A DNA stretch of 64,000 bases from Gemmatimonadaceae bacterium (lineage in GTDB: Bacteria; Gemmatimonadota; Gemmatimonadetes; Gemmatimonadales; Gemmatimonadaceae). Position 1 is the stretch's first letter; each line of letters begins with the position of its first letter. The stretch lies in the NCBI GenBank assembly GCA_046593165.1, contig JBKJRW010000094.1, positions 24,217 through 88,216 on the forward strand, written 5' to 3'. This document shows positions 41,067-50,667 of this stretch, in pieces. The notes under the pieces were generated by a model. The model had not been told where the DNA came from. It ran no database searches and saw only the letters and a list, made by a program, of their open reading frames with translations. The position numbers and the translations under genes are program-made.

Positions 41067-41576
41067 ATGCGTTTTTACGGAATTGCGCTTGCGGCGAGCG
41101 CGGTCGTCCTCGGCGCTTGCGCCGGTGGTGACAAGAATGCCGGCGACACCACGGCCGTTGCTATCGATACTGCCGCTGCAGTTGCTCCTGCTGCGACGCC
41201 CGCTCCGGTTGGCGGCACGGCGACCATGGCGCCGATCACCGGCACCACTCACGAAGTCAAGATGATCGGCGATGCTCAGGGATACCGTTTTGAGCCGGCG
41301 GCGCTCACGATCAAGGTCGGCGACGGCGTCAAGTTCACGACGATCAACGGTGGCCCGCACAATGTTGCCTTCGACCCAGCCAAGATACCCGCGGATGTTC
41401 AGGGTCAGCTCGATGCCAACATATCGGAGAAGATGGGACAGCTCTCGAGCGCGTTGAAGATGAACGCCGGTGAGTCAGTGACTGTCTCGTTCGCAGGCCT
41501 CAAGCCCGGCGAGTACTACTACTTCTGCACGCCGCACCTTGCACTCGGCATGAAAGGCGAGATCAAGGTTCAGTAG
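41067..41576 (+). CDS. Blue (type 1) copper lipoprotein, plastocyanin/azurin family
   Basis: Lipobox LGAC, Ala/Pro/Thr linker, copper ligands PHNV ... FCTPHLALGM. Confidence 0.93.
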   Translation: MRFYGIALAASAVVLGACAGGDKNAGDTTAVAIDTAAAVAPAATPAPVGGTATMAPITGTTHEVKMIGDAQGYRFEPAALTIKVGDGVKFTTINGGPHNVAFDPAKIPADVQGQLDANISEKMGQLSSALKMNAGESVTVSFAGLKPGEYYYFCTPHLALGMKGEIKVQ

Positions 41577-41597
41577 CAGGCTCAGGAAGACTCAGGG

Positions 41598-41632
41598 AAA
41601 GCGGGAGCATCAGACGATGCTCCCGCTTTTTT
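41598..41632 (+). terminator. Intrinsic terminator
   Basis: AAAGCGGGAGCATC-AGAC-GATGCTCCCGCTTT followed by TTT. Confidence 0.9.
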
Positions 41633-41735
41633 CTGCGTTCGAACCGGTATACCATTCAACCATGATGTGCATTTCCATCTTCGAGAAGAGTCTCTCCGCT
41701 TGAGCAGGCCATTTGGCGGAGCCGGCTACTGGTGG

Positions 41736-43406
41736 ATGTCCGCGCGTTCGCGTAACGCTTCGCGCCGTTTCGTGGTGATGGGGATCGTCGGCGGCCTCGC
41801 CTTTATTGCGGCGTTGATGGCATTCGTGCTCGTCCCTGGGCAAGCGACTCGAACCGCCGTGCGCGTCTCGGCGACCCTTGAGGAACGGCCTGATTCGAAT
41901 CGATCCGCAGCTCTTCGCAACAGGGCAGCCGCAGAAATCACCGTAGCGGATTCGATGCTGGCTGCGGCAAGACTGGTAATGCCTTCGGCGCCAATACCGG
42001 TGGTCGACACTTTCCCCATGGAAGTGATTGCCCAGCGTGGTGTACTTGCCGAAGAAATCGCGACGCTTAGCCGGCTCATCGAACGCGCAGACAACGCGCC
42101 CCTGCCCTCCTCGTACCGGGCGTTGGCAGAGGCGCCATCACTGGCCGCAGATGCGTCGGTGCGTGCGTTGCTTGATTCACTCGCCGAAATTGAAAAGGAG
42201 CGCGACGCTTTTGGCGCAGTGGGTGGTGTCGATCCGATTTACGTTGCGTTGACCTCGCGGGCTACGGCCGTGGGACGCTCGATTCAGGAGATCGCGGAAG
42301 CAAGGCGAGCTGCGGCGCGCCAGCAATTGGCGGCTATTCGCCCGGTCGCGCCGCGCGTGATGACGCAAGCGCGTGTCGACACGGCAGGGTTTCTGGCGCG
42401 GCGTGCAGCAAGCCAGCGTGCGTACGTGGGCGCTGTGCGCGACCTCGCGCAGATCAGCGCGACAAACGAGCGAATAGACCGGGAGTCATCGCGCGCCCGG
42501 AATTTGGCGAATCTGGGTGCTCCGCCGCTCGCGATGTTGGCCGCCGCTCTCGTGCTTGCCCTCGCACTCGGGTTTGCCGCTTCGCTTGCGTTTGAGTTAA
42601 GGCTGCCCAGCATCGCCGACGCACATGAGGTAGAGCAGGTGACCGGAGTCCGTGTGCTGAGCGTGATCGAGCCGAAGGAACTCATTGCCGAGCGCAGCAG
42701 GCGGCAGGCTGACGAAACCGGCCTGCCGCTGATAGACGTGGTTTCCGAGGGCTACAGGCGGCTGTATTTGCATTTGGTGGCGACCGAAGCAAACGTGCCA
42801 GTTGTGACGGTGGCGGGAGACGACGCGGCCATTGTCGCGACAGTAGCGTCCAATATTGCCGCCGCCGCCGCGTACGAGGCTCGAAGCACGCTCATTGTAG
42901 ATGTGGATCCCGCTACGTCAACAATCGCCAATTTGTTCCGCGTGTCCTCTAATCCCGGTCTTGCAGGGATTATTTCGGGGAAATCGGATTGGGCAACTTC
43001 AGTTGTGCAGGCTACGGTGGGACGAGACAGAACGCTGGATATTCTACCTAGCGGGACCGAAAGGACAGGAACCCCGGACCCTCTTGTGGCGGAACGAATC
43101 CGCGGCGATTTCGCGAGGATGGAGCAACGCTACGATCTGATCGTGATCGCGGCGCCGACAGCATACGTGCAGCGCGGCCCGGCGAGTATCATACCAGGAC
43201 CGGATGTAGTATTGTGCGCACGTATTGCACACACCAGGATCGCAAGGCTTCGCGAAGCGGTCGAGAGCCTTCGCGCGCTGGATCATCGGATTCACGGCAT
43301 CGTTCTCTGGGACGATGACATGCCCGTCATCGAAACGCAGGATGAGTCTGAGGTGCCCAGCCGGTCGCAAAGCAGGGTTGGTGGAAATCTCGCAGGGGTC
43401 CGCTGA
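41736..43406 (+). CDS. Wzz/Wzc-like membrane protein with degenerate BY-kinase domain
   Basis: Two TM helices flank a coiled-coil periplasmic region; Wzc-like EVEQVTGVRVL and EGYRRL; VDVD retained, Walker A and B lost. Confidence 0.75.
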   Translation: MSARSRNASRRFVVMGIVGGLAFIAALMAFVLVPGQATRTAVRVSATLEERPDSNRSAALRNRAAAEITVADSMLAAARLVMPSAPIPVVDTFPMEVIAQRGVLAEEIATLSRLIERADNAPLPSSYRALAEAPSLAADASVRALLDSLAEIEKERDAFGAVGGVDPIYVALTSRATAVGRSIQEIAEARRAAARQQLAAIRPVAPRVMTQARVDTAGFLARRAASQRAYVGAVRDLAQISATNERIDRESSRARNLANLGAPPLAMLAAALVLALALGFAASLAFELRLPSIADAHEVEQVTGVRVLSVIEPKELIAERSRRQADETGLPLIDVVSEGYRRLYLHLVATEANVPVVTVAGDDAAIVATVASNIAAAAAYEARSTLIVDVDPATSTIANLFRVSSNPGLAGIISGKSDWATSVVQATVGRDRTLDILPSGTERTGTPDPLVAERIRGDFARMEQRYDLIVIAAPTAYVQRGPASIIPGPDVVLCARIAHTRIARLREAVESLRALDHRIHGIVLWDDDMPVIETQDESEVPSRSQSRVGGNLAGVR

Positions 43407-43413
43407 CGACCAG

Positions 43414-43905
43414 ATGGCAGAAACTACAATGGACCTTCGCGGGCTTCCCCTGGCCGAAGCATACCTGGAGCTTCGCGGCCAGACTGAAGCCGTGCTGGAG
43501 GGAATCAGCGACGAAGTCGCGGCAATGGCCACCATCAGCGCGCTCGTTCATCATTCACTCGGACATCTCTGGACGGGCTTCTATCGGGTCGCAGAGCCTG
43601 GAAAGCTGTTGCGGATAGGGCCGTATCAGGGAACGCTGGGCTGCATGGAAATAGAGTTCGGTCGCGGGGTCTGTGGCACTGCTGCGGCTGAGGGACGGAC
43701 CGTGATCGTCGAAGACGTGCACGCCTTTCCCGGGCACATCGCATGCGATGCACGTTCGCGCTCCGAGATCGTCGTTCCCGTATTCGGCAGGACCGGCGAA
43801 CTGATCGCGGTGCTGGACATCGATTCCGATCAGCTTTCGGCGTTCACCGAAGAAGACCGCGCAGGACTGGAGGGGATAGTTGAATGGTTCAGGAAACCGG
43901 CATGA
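43414..43905 (+). CDS. msrC: Free methionine-R-sulfoxide reductase (GAF fold)
   Basis: WTGFY, GPYQGTLGC, GRGVCG, GHIACD, SEIVVP; all three Cys present. Confidence 0.88.
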   Translation: MAETTMDLRGLPLAEAYLELRGQTEAVLEGISDEVAAMATISALVHHSLGHLWTGFYRVAEPGKLLRIGPYQGTLGCMEIEFGRGVCGTAAAEGRTVIVEDVHAFPGHIACDARSRSEIVVPVFGRTGELIAVLDIDSDQLSAFTEEDRAGLEGIVEWFRKPA

Positions 43906-44504
43906 CGACGGGTTACTCCGATACGGTCAATCACGCGTTCGCGTTCGCGGCGAAGCATCATGATCGTCAGGTTCGCAAGGGAACAAGGCTTCCCTACCTC
44001 ACGCATCCGGCGAACGTCGCAATCATCCTTACCCGATACGGTCGTGACGAGCGAACGGTGGTTGCAGGAATTCTTCACGATGTCGTCGAGGATTGCGTGC
44101 GCGACGGATTGTCGAGGGAGACGCTGGAGCAGAGAATCGGAGAAAAGTTTGGTACTGACGTTCTGGTCACCGTATTGGGGGTCACATACCGGCGCGTTGA
44201 CGACGATGGGGACGAGCTTTCATCGGATCAAAAGAAGGATGATTACCTTGCCCGTCTGAACTCGGCGGAAGAGGCGGCGTTGTGGGTATGCGCAGCAGAC
44301 AAGATTCACAACGCCAATTCCGTGCTGTCCGATCTGCGAAGGACGGTCGATCCCAACTCTGTCTGGTCACGGTTCAACGGCGGCAGGCCTGCAACCGTGA
44401 AGTGGTATCGCCAGGTGCTCGACCGGCTGCGTGAGATCGGGTTCGAGGCGCCGATCGTAGGCGAGCTGCGCACCGCTGTCGAGGCGCTGGAAGGCCAGCC
44501 CTAG
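43902..44504 (+). CDS. HD-domain protein, RelA/SpoT-hydrolase (SAH/Mesh1)-like
   Basis: [25 protein letters not shown]; ATGA-coupled to msrC. Confidence 0.87.
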   Translation: MTTGYSDTVNHAFAFAAKHHDRQVRKGTRLPYLTHPANVAIILTRYGRDERTVVAGILHDVVEDCVRDGLSRETLEQRIGEKFGTDVLVTVLGVTYRRVDDDGDELSSDQKKDDYLARLNSAEEAALWVCAADKIHNANSVLSDLRRTVDPNSVWSRFNGGRPATVKWYRQVLDRLREIGFEAPIVGELRTAVEALEGQP

Positions 44505-45736
44505 ACCGACGCCGGCTCCAGCCGAGGGGCGTAGGTTCGCTCCACGTATTCTTCCAGGATCTGCAGAAACTCTGGAACGATGGTGTCTCCCTTCAGCGTC
44601 ACCAAAAGCTTGCCATCCACATAAACGGGCGCTTTTGGATCCTCGAATGTGCCGGGCAACGAGATGCCGATGTTGGCGTGCTTCGATTCCCCCGGACCGT
44701 TCACGACGCATCCCATGACGGCGACCTTGAGATCGACAACCCCAGGGTACCGGTCGCGCCAAGCTGGCATTTGATCACGCAGATATGTCTGGATGTCCTG
44801 GGCCATGTGCTGAAAGAACGTTGACGTTGTTCTCCCGCAGCCCGGACAGGCGGTAACCTGTGGGTTGAAGCTTCGGAGCTCGAGTGACTGAAGTATCTGT
44901 TGTGCGATCTGCACTTCTTCGGTGCGATCCCCGTTTGGCTTGGGCGTCAGCGAGACTCGTATCGTATCGCCGATTCCCTCGGCGAGAAGAATTGCAAGCG
45001 CCGCGGTGCTCGAGACAATTCCCTTGCTTCCCATTCCCGCTTCGGTGAGGCCGAGGTGGAGTGGATAGTCGGAGCGCGCGGCAAGGCGGCGGTAGACTTC
45101 GACCAGGTCGGGCACGCCGGAGACCTTCGCCGAGATGATGATCGCATCATGACCAACCCCGCACTCTTCAGCGAGCTCGGCGGATCTGAGCGCGCTTTCG
45201 AGCATGGCCTCGATGTAGACATCCTTGGCAGGAAGCGGATCGGGGAGTAACGCATTTGCGTCCATCATGCGTGTGAGGAGGTCCTGGTCGAGGGAGCCCC
45301 AGTTCACTCCGATGCGCACCGGCTTGGCATTTTCGGCGGCGATGCGCGCAATGATGCTGAAGTTTTCATCGCGTCGTTTGCTGCCGACGTTGCCGGGATT
45401 GATGCGGTACTTGGAGAGAATCCGCGCGCAGTCAGGGTAACGGGCGAGGAGGAGGTGGCCGTTGTAGTGGAAATCGCCGATGAGCGGAACGTCTACGCCG
45501 AGGTCGGAGAGGCGGCGCGAAATTTCGGGGACAGCGGCGGCGGCTTGTTCGTTGTTGACGGTGATGCGGACGAGTTGAGAGCCCGCAGCGGCCAGGGCTG
45601 CGACCTGGGTAGCCGTCGATGCTGCGTCCGCGGTATCGGTATTCGTCATGGACTGCACGACTACCGGGTGGGCAGACCCGATGGGGACTCCGCCGACGGA
45701 GGCGGTGACAGTTTTCCTGCGTGCGCTGAATGTCAC
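44501..45736 (-). CDS. ispG: 4-hydroxy-3-methylbut-2-en-1-yl diphosphate synthase
   Basis: [39 protein letters not shown]. Confidence 0.97.
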   Translation of the reverse strand: MTFSARRKTVTASVGGVPIGSAHPVVVQSMTNTDTADAASTATQVAALAAAGSQLVRITVNNEQAAAAVPEISRRLSDLGVDVPLIGDFHYNGHLLLARYPDCARILSKYRINPGNVGSKRRDENFSIIARIAAENAKPVRIGVNWGSLDQDLLTRMMDANALLPDPLPAKDVYIEAMLESALRSAELAEECGVGHDAIIISAKVSGVPDLVEVYRRLAARSDYPLHLGLTEAGMGSKGIVSSTAALAILLAEGIGDTIRVSLTPKPNGDRTEEVQIAQQILQSLELRSFNPQVTACPGCGRTTSTFFQHMAQDIQTYLRDQMPAWRDRYPGVVDLKVAVMGCVVNGPGESKHANIGISLPGTFEDPKAPVYVDGKLLVTLKGDTIVPEFLQILEEYVERTYAPRLEPASV

Positions 45737-45849
45737 TTGTTATCTTAGGGGCTGGTGGTAAAGCTAATTCGCTGGCCGGGAGGATGGAGTCGAGCGCGTG
45801 TTCCCTGCCCTTCCGCTCTTTATCGTGTACCGACTGATGGAGTATATCG

Positions 45850-46257
45850 ATGGCTGAAGCTTCGGTGCCGACGAGGGCATCATGGAGGAGGAGACACTGG
45901 CGTCCTCTGACGCTGCTCACGTTGATCTTCGTGCCGGCGTTGTTGTTTGCGGGCTGGTCGTGGGTCACTCTCACGTACGCGTATTCCAAGGGAGACCGTG
46001 CGGGATACACGCAGAAGCTTTCCGAGAAGGGGTGGCTGTGCAAGACGTGGGAAGGCGAGCTTGCGATGGCGAACCTTCCGGGTGCGATGCCTGAGATTTT
46101 CAGGTTCAGTGTGAGGAACGATTCGATCGCGAAGCTTTTAGAGTCGAACCTTGGGAAGCGGGTTTCTCTTTCGTATGAGCAGCACCGCGGGATACCTACG
46201 TCGTGCTTCGGGGAAACCGAGTACTACATCACAAATATGCGTTTGGTGGAGCCGTGA
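45850..46257 (+). CDS. Membrane-anchored hypothetical protein
   Basis: GGAG SD, one TM helix, YSKGDRAG..KLSEKGWLCKTWEGEL motif. Confidence 0.8.
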   Translation: MAEASVPTRASWRRRHWRPLTLLTLIFVPALLFAGWSWVTLTYAYSKGDRAGYTQKLSEKGWLCKTWEGELAMANLPGAMPEIFRFSVRNDSIAKLLESNLGKRVSLSYEQHRGIPTSCFGETEYYITNMRLVEP

Positions 46258-46268
46258 ACAGATTCCTA

Positions 46269-46297
46269 TTGACCGTATTTCCAGACGGTGGTATGCT
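46269..46297 (+). promoter_or_regulatory. Sigma70-type promoter of cspA
   Basis: TTGACC-17 nt-TATGCT with TG extension; implies a 5' UTR of about 125 nt. Confidence 0.7.
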
Positions 46298-46427
46298 TTC
46301 GCGCGAGTAACCCGGCCTTGGGAGCCCCGTCAGGGACCCTCAGGTGCTATATCGGCGATGGCCCACTGTGGGCCTGCCACCCGTTGTCCCGGGTTTTGGT
46401 ATCCGGGAATTTTTACCAGGAGCAGGA

Positions 46428-46637
46428 ATGCGTACGACCGGCAAGGTAAAGTGGTTCAACGATGCGAAGGGCTTTGGCTTCATCACCCCTGACAACGGAC
46501 AGAAAGACTGTTTCGTGCACTACAGCGCGATTTCCGGAAACGGATTCAAGTCTCTGGCCGAAGGTGATTCGGTGGAGTTTGACATCGTCGAAGGGCAAAA
46601 GGGTCCAGCGGCCGAAAACGTCACGAAGAGCGGCTGA
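46428..46637 (+). CDS. cspA: Cold-shock protein (CspA family)
   Basis: [23 protein letters not shown]; AGGAG SD. Confidence 0.97.
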   Translation: MRTTGKVKWFNDAKGFGFITPDNGQKDCFVHYSAISGNGFKSLAEGDSVEFDIVEGQKGPAAENVTKSG

Positions 46638-46664
46638 ACGGCGGGGTTACGCCAGTTCGATCAG

Positions 46665-46694
46665 GAAGGGCGCCGAGAGGCGCCCTTCTTTTTT
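46665..46694 (+). terminator. Intrinsic terminator
   Basis: GAAGGGCGCC-GAGA-GGCGCCCTTC-TTTTTT. Confidence 0.92.
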
Positions 46695-47028
46695 ATGTTC
46701 GCGGGCGTCCTCGTCTTGGCACGGGTGCGATTTCGACTGCTTCGGCGAGCCTGGCGGCGGTTTCGGAAGTGATCGCGGTCACGTCCACGACGATGGAGAT
46801 TGCGGTGGAGAGCTCCAGCGTTGCCGTGCCGTCCCCGTTTTTGAGTGCTAGTTGAGCGAGGTCCAGCCCGCGGGCCAAGGGGACAGAAAGGAGTCGCCCT
46901 AGTTGGAGTGCAATTTCGAGGGTGGTGACAACGATTGGAGATAGTCGGCGCGCGACGCCTTGCGACTTTTTGGAGGCACCGGGGACGGGATGGTGGGAGA
47001 GTGCATTGTCTACCCATTTGGGCGACAC
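46693..47028 (-). CDS. Possible hypothetical protein
   Basis: The ORF best filling the gap, with an amphipathic-looking core; no SD and no recognised family. Confidence 0.3.
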   Translation of the reverse strand: MSPKWVDNALSHHPVPGASKKSQGVARRLSPIVVTTLEIALQLGRLLSVPLARGLDLAQLALKNGDGTATLELSTAISIVVDVTAITSETAARLAEAVEIAPVPRRGRPRT

Positions 47029-47212
47029 GCCGAGTGCAACAGCTGTGGCAGCAACGGTATAGGCTCTCAGTTAATTATCCTAAAGAAAAAAGATATTAAA
47101 AGATACCGAGATTCCTGGCTACCGGTGCAACAATTGCCCCTCCAGAATGGTACTCATGGATGATCATGGGACACTATCAAGTTGGCTTAACCAGAAAAAG
47201 CAGGAGCAAAAC

Positions 47213-47755
47213 ATGATGAAAAGAGTTTCTCTGGCACTCGCCGCCGTTGCGGCAGCGGCCATTTTCACTTCGCCGATTTCGGCTCAGTCTGCCAAGGCGG
47301 TCAGCATTGGAGTCTCCGGCGGCGCGGCGATTCCCGTAAGCGACCTCGGGGATGACTTCAAAACCGGCTACAACGGCACCGTATCACTCAGCCTCAACTC
47401 GGTCGGCACGCCACTCGGCATTCGGTTTGACGGGATGTACAACAAGATGGGCGTGCGAGACGACAGGATCGTTTCACTGCCCGACGTGATCATCACCTCG
47501 GCGAACGCAAACCTTGTTTACGCACTTCCGGGCACCGGGATACGACCGTACCTGATCGGCGGCGGTGGAATCTACGGATACAAGCCGGATATCAGCGGTG
47601 CCAAGACAGAAACGGATTTCGGGCTCAATGGCGGGATCGGAGCGGCCTTTCCTCTTAGCGGCTTCAATACGTTCGTAGAAGCGCGATTCCATAACATCTT
47701 CACCGAAGGGGTCGCAACTCGGTTCGTTCCCGTGACCTTCGGAATCAGTTTCTAG
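47213..47755 (+). CDS. Outer-membrane beta-barrel protein (OmpA-like 8-strand)
   Basis: AGGAG SD, signal peptide, alternating strands, RPYLIGGGG, C-terminal Phe. Confidence 0.88.
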   Translation: MMKRVSLALAAVAAAAIFTSPISAQSAKAVSIGVSGGAAIPVSDLGDDFKTGYNGTVSLSLNSVGTPLGIRFDGMYNKMGVRDDRIVSLPDVIITSANANLVYALPGTGIRPYLIGGGGIYGYKPDISGAKTETDFGLNGGIGAAFPLSGFNTFVEARFHNIFTEGVATRFVPVTFGISF

Positions 47756-47773
47756 ATAGCACGGTAGTTCAAA

Positions 47774-47803
47774 GAAACGCCGGGCAGAAATGCCCGGCGT
47801 TTC
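47774..47803. terminator. Hairpin terminator between convergent OMP and argH
   Basis: GAAACGCCGGGCA-GAAA-TGCCCGGCGTTTC, 13-bp perfect stem. Confidence 0.85.
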
Positions 47804-47845
47804 CTATTATCACTCAGTTAAATAACAATCGAATCGTTTGCAAAT

Positions 47846-49279
47846 TCAGTTCGTCCCTCTCGTTGCCTCCCTGGCCGGCTGGATCGCGGCAACCGCAGCA
47901 TCAATCTGAGCCTTCACAGCATCAGGACCGGTGCCGCCTGGTACTGATCGGCGAGCTACCGACTTTGCCGGATCGAGCCACCCCATGATGTCGGCCCCAA
48001 AGAGCGGATGGGCCGCGCTGAAGCTCTCAGCGGCCAGTTCGTTAAGCTCACAACCCTTCCCTTCCGCTTCCCGAATCAACGATCCCACGGCTTCATGCGC
48101 GTCGCGGAACGTCGAGCCCTTCCCCACCAGATAATCGGCCAGATCGGTGGCCATCATCGTGCTCGACAACGCCCCGTGCATCCTCACGCGATCGAATCGA
48201 ATTTCGCTCAGGGTGCCCGCAACAGCGGGTAGTACGAGCATTATGAGATCGACGGCTCCAAAAAGAGCGCGCTTGTCATCCTGGAGGTCCTTGTTGTATC
48301 CGCTTGGCAGACCCTTGAGGGTCGCGAGCATGGCGACCAGATCTCCCAGTGTGCGCGCCCCCGAGGCCCGGGCAAGCTCAAGCGCATCAGGGTTGCGCTT
48401 CTGCGGCATCATGCTCGATCCGGTCGTGAATGCTTCTCCAAATCGCACGAACCCGAACTCACTCGAGCCGTAGAGAATCAAATCCTCCGCGAGGCGCGAC
48501 AGGTGCACGCCGATCAGGGCCACCGTAAACAAAGTCTCGGCGATGAAATCACGATCACCTACTGCGTCGATACTGTTGGGTGAAAGCGACGAGAACCCCA
48601 GGCTTTCCTGGAGAAGGACGCGGGATATAGGGTAAGCAGAGCCAGCGATGGCACCGGAGCCGAGCGGCAGGACTGCGGTGGAACGAGCTACTGCGCCTAT
48701 GCGGGCGCGGTCACGCTCGAGCGGCCAGAAATGCGCCAGCATCCAGTGGGCGCCGGAGACGGGTTGGGCTCGTTGAAGATGCGTGTACGACGGCATCAGG
48801 TCGTGCTCGATAGAGCGTGCCTGGTCGATCATGACCTGCTGGAGCGCAAGAACTGCCTTGTCCAGCTCGCCGCACATTTCCATGGTCCAGAGCCGCGTTG
48901 CCGTCGACACCTGATCGTTGCGGCTTCGGCCGGTATGCAGCTTCGATGCAACGTCTCCGATCTCTTCATGCAGCATGCGGTCGATCATTGTGTGCACGTC
49001 TTCGTCGGACGTCTGGGGCGGGGCGCCATCGGCAAGCCGGGCACCAACTCGCGACAGCCCGGATTCTATCTCTCGGCTCTCGTCGAGTGTGAGTACTCCC
49101 GCGCCCGAGAGGGCCATCGCCCAGGCCTGCGAGAGGCGAACGTCATGGGGCCACAGCCGGAAATCAATCCCGATCGAGCGATTGAGCGCGTCGAGTGCCG
49201 CGGCCGTGGGGACGGAGAAGCGGCCCCCCCAGAGCTTGTGCGATTTCTGCTCTGCGGCCACCGGCTCTAATCCTGCCAT
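47846..49279 (-). CDS. argH: Argininosuccinate lyase
   Basis: LWGGRF, HTGRSRNDQ, YTHLQRAQP, GSSMMPQKRNPD, YNKDLQDDK. Confidence 0.98.
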   Translation of the reverse strand: MAGLEPVAAEQKSHKLWGGRFSVPTAAALDALNRSIGIDFRLWPHDVRLSQAWAMALSGAGVLTLDESREIESGLSRVGARLADGAPPQTSDEDVHTMIDRMLHEEIGDVASKLHTGRSRNDQVSTATRLWTMEMCGELDKAVLALQQVMIDQARSIEHDLMPSYTHLQRAQPVSGAHWMLAHFWPLERDRARIGAVARSTAVLPLGSGAIAGSAYPISRVLLQESLGFSSLSPNSIDAVGDRDFIAETLFTVALIGVHLSRLAEDLILYGSSEFGFVRFGEAFTTGSSMMPQKRNPDALELARASGARTLGDLVAMLATLKGLPSGYNKDLQDDKRALFGAVDLIMLVLPAVAGTLSEIRFDRVRMHGALSSTMMATDLADYLVGKGSTFRDAHEAVGSLIREAEGKGCELNELAAESFSAAHPLFGADIMGWLDPAKSVARRSVPGGTGPDAVKAQIDAAVAAIQPAREATRGTN

Positions 49280-50538
49280 GACGCCGCGAGCACCGGGGCA
49301 TCGTCGTCTGCCGAGACGGGGGCAACAGCTTTTGCGGCCAGCTCGCGGTCGCGAATGGCGCGCACGCGGTCGGGAAGGGAATAGAGTCTGATGAAGCCAG
49401 CTGCATCGCTCTGCTGATAGACGTCGTCCTCGCCAAACGTGACGAAGCGCTCATCGTAAAGCGCGTATTCACTCGCTCTGCTCACGATGGAGACGTTGCC
49501 CTTGTAGAGGCGAAGGGTAACGCCACCGGTGACGCGCTCCTGAGTGATGTTCACGAAAGCATCGTATGCCTCACGCTCAGTTGTCCACCACCGGCCCTCG
49601 TAGACAAGATCCGCATAGCGTGGAGCAATGAGATCCTTGGCGGCAAGAGTGCGCCGGTCGAGGATGAGTTGCTCGAGCTCGCTGTGCGCGGTGTAAAGGA
49701 GCGTGCCTCCCGGCGTTTCGTAAACGCCGCGTGACTTCATTCCGACAAGCCGGTCCTCGACAAGGTCGATTCTTCCAACACCGTGCCTGCCTGCGATTTG
49801 GTTGAGTGTAGTCAGGATCGCAACGGGATCGAGAAAGACTCCGTTAACTGCTACGGGCGTACCCTGATTGAAGCCGATCGACACGTTTTCCGGTTCGTTG
49901 GGAGCGAGTTCGGGGGAGGTGGTGAGCATGAACAGGTCTGGGGGGGGCGGCTGCGACGGATCCTCGAGCACTCCACCCTCATGCGAGATGTGCCAGATGT
50001 TGCGGTCACGCGAATAGATTTTTTCGCGCGAAGCCGTTACGGGAACGTTATGCTGTTCGGCGTAGGCGATCGCGTCTTCACGGCTGCGGATATCCCACTC
50101 TCGCCACGGCGCGATCACTGGGAGATCGGGCGCGAATGCAGCGTAGGTCAGTTCGAAGCGGACCTGGTCGTTGCCCTTGCCGGTGCACCCGTGGGCAAGG
50201 GCGTCGGCTCCAACGCGCCGCGCGACTTCGACCTGGCGGCGGGCGATGAGCGGCCGGCCCATCGATGTGCCGAGCAAATACTTGCGACCGTAGATGGCGC
50301 CTGCACGAAGCGTTGGCCAGACGAAATCCTGAATGAATTCCTGGCGAAGATCCTCGATGTAGCATTCGTCTGCGCCAGACGCGATGGCCTTGGCGCGTAC
50401 ACCTTCAAGCTCATCTCCCTGGCCGATGTCGGCGGCAACGCAAACAATACGGGCACCGCCGTAATGCTCCTTGAGCCACGGGACAATGATGGAGGTGTCG
50501 AGACCGCCGGAATAGGCGAGGGCAATTGTGTGAGTCAT
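49267..50538 (-). CDS. argG: Argininosuccinate synthase
   Basis: LAYSGGLDTS, HGCTGKGNDQVRF, GMKSRGVYETPG. Confidence 0.98.
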   Translation of the reverse strand: MTHTIALAYSGGLDTSIIVPWLKEHYGGARIVCVAADIGQGDELEGVRAKAIASGADECYIEDLRQEFIQDFVWPTLRAGAIYGRKYLLGTSMGRPLIARRQVEVARRVGADALAHGCTGKGNDQVRFELTYAAFAPDLPVIAPWREWDIRSREDAIAYAEQHNVPVTASREKIYSRDRNIWHISHEGGVLEDPSQPPPPDLFMLTTSPELAPNEPENVSIGFNQGTPVAVNGVFLDPVAILTTLNQIAGRHGVGRIDLVEDRLVGMKSRGVYETPGGTLLYTAHSELEQLILDRRTLAAKDLIAPRYADLVYEGRWWTTEREAYDAFVNITQERVTGGVTLRLYKGNVSIVSRASEYALYDERFVTFGEDDVYQQSDAAGFIRLYSLPDRVRAIRDRELAAKAVAPVSADDDAPVLAASWQD

Positions 50539-50544
50539 GGCTCT

Positions 50545-50583
50545 CCTAAATAACTATACATTCCAACCGTATATTTAATCAGC
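50545..50583 (-). promoter_or_regulatory. Tandem ARG boxes at the argG promoter
   Basis: Cores TGATTAAATATACG and TGTATAGTTATTTA 21 bp apart; overlaps TTGACG-17-TAAATA. Confidence 0.65.
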
Positions 50584-50667
50584 CTTGCTCGTAGCGTCAA
50601 TCCTTTCCGGTCGCGCCACTCGCACTGCCGTCGAGGAGGTGGTAACGTGTCGGGCGGAGGATATCGA

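Noticed and set aside
47066-47110. AT-rich tract upstream of the outer-membrane protein
   Set aside because: Consistent with an ordinary promoter UP element; no repeats
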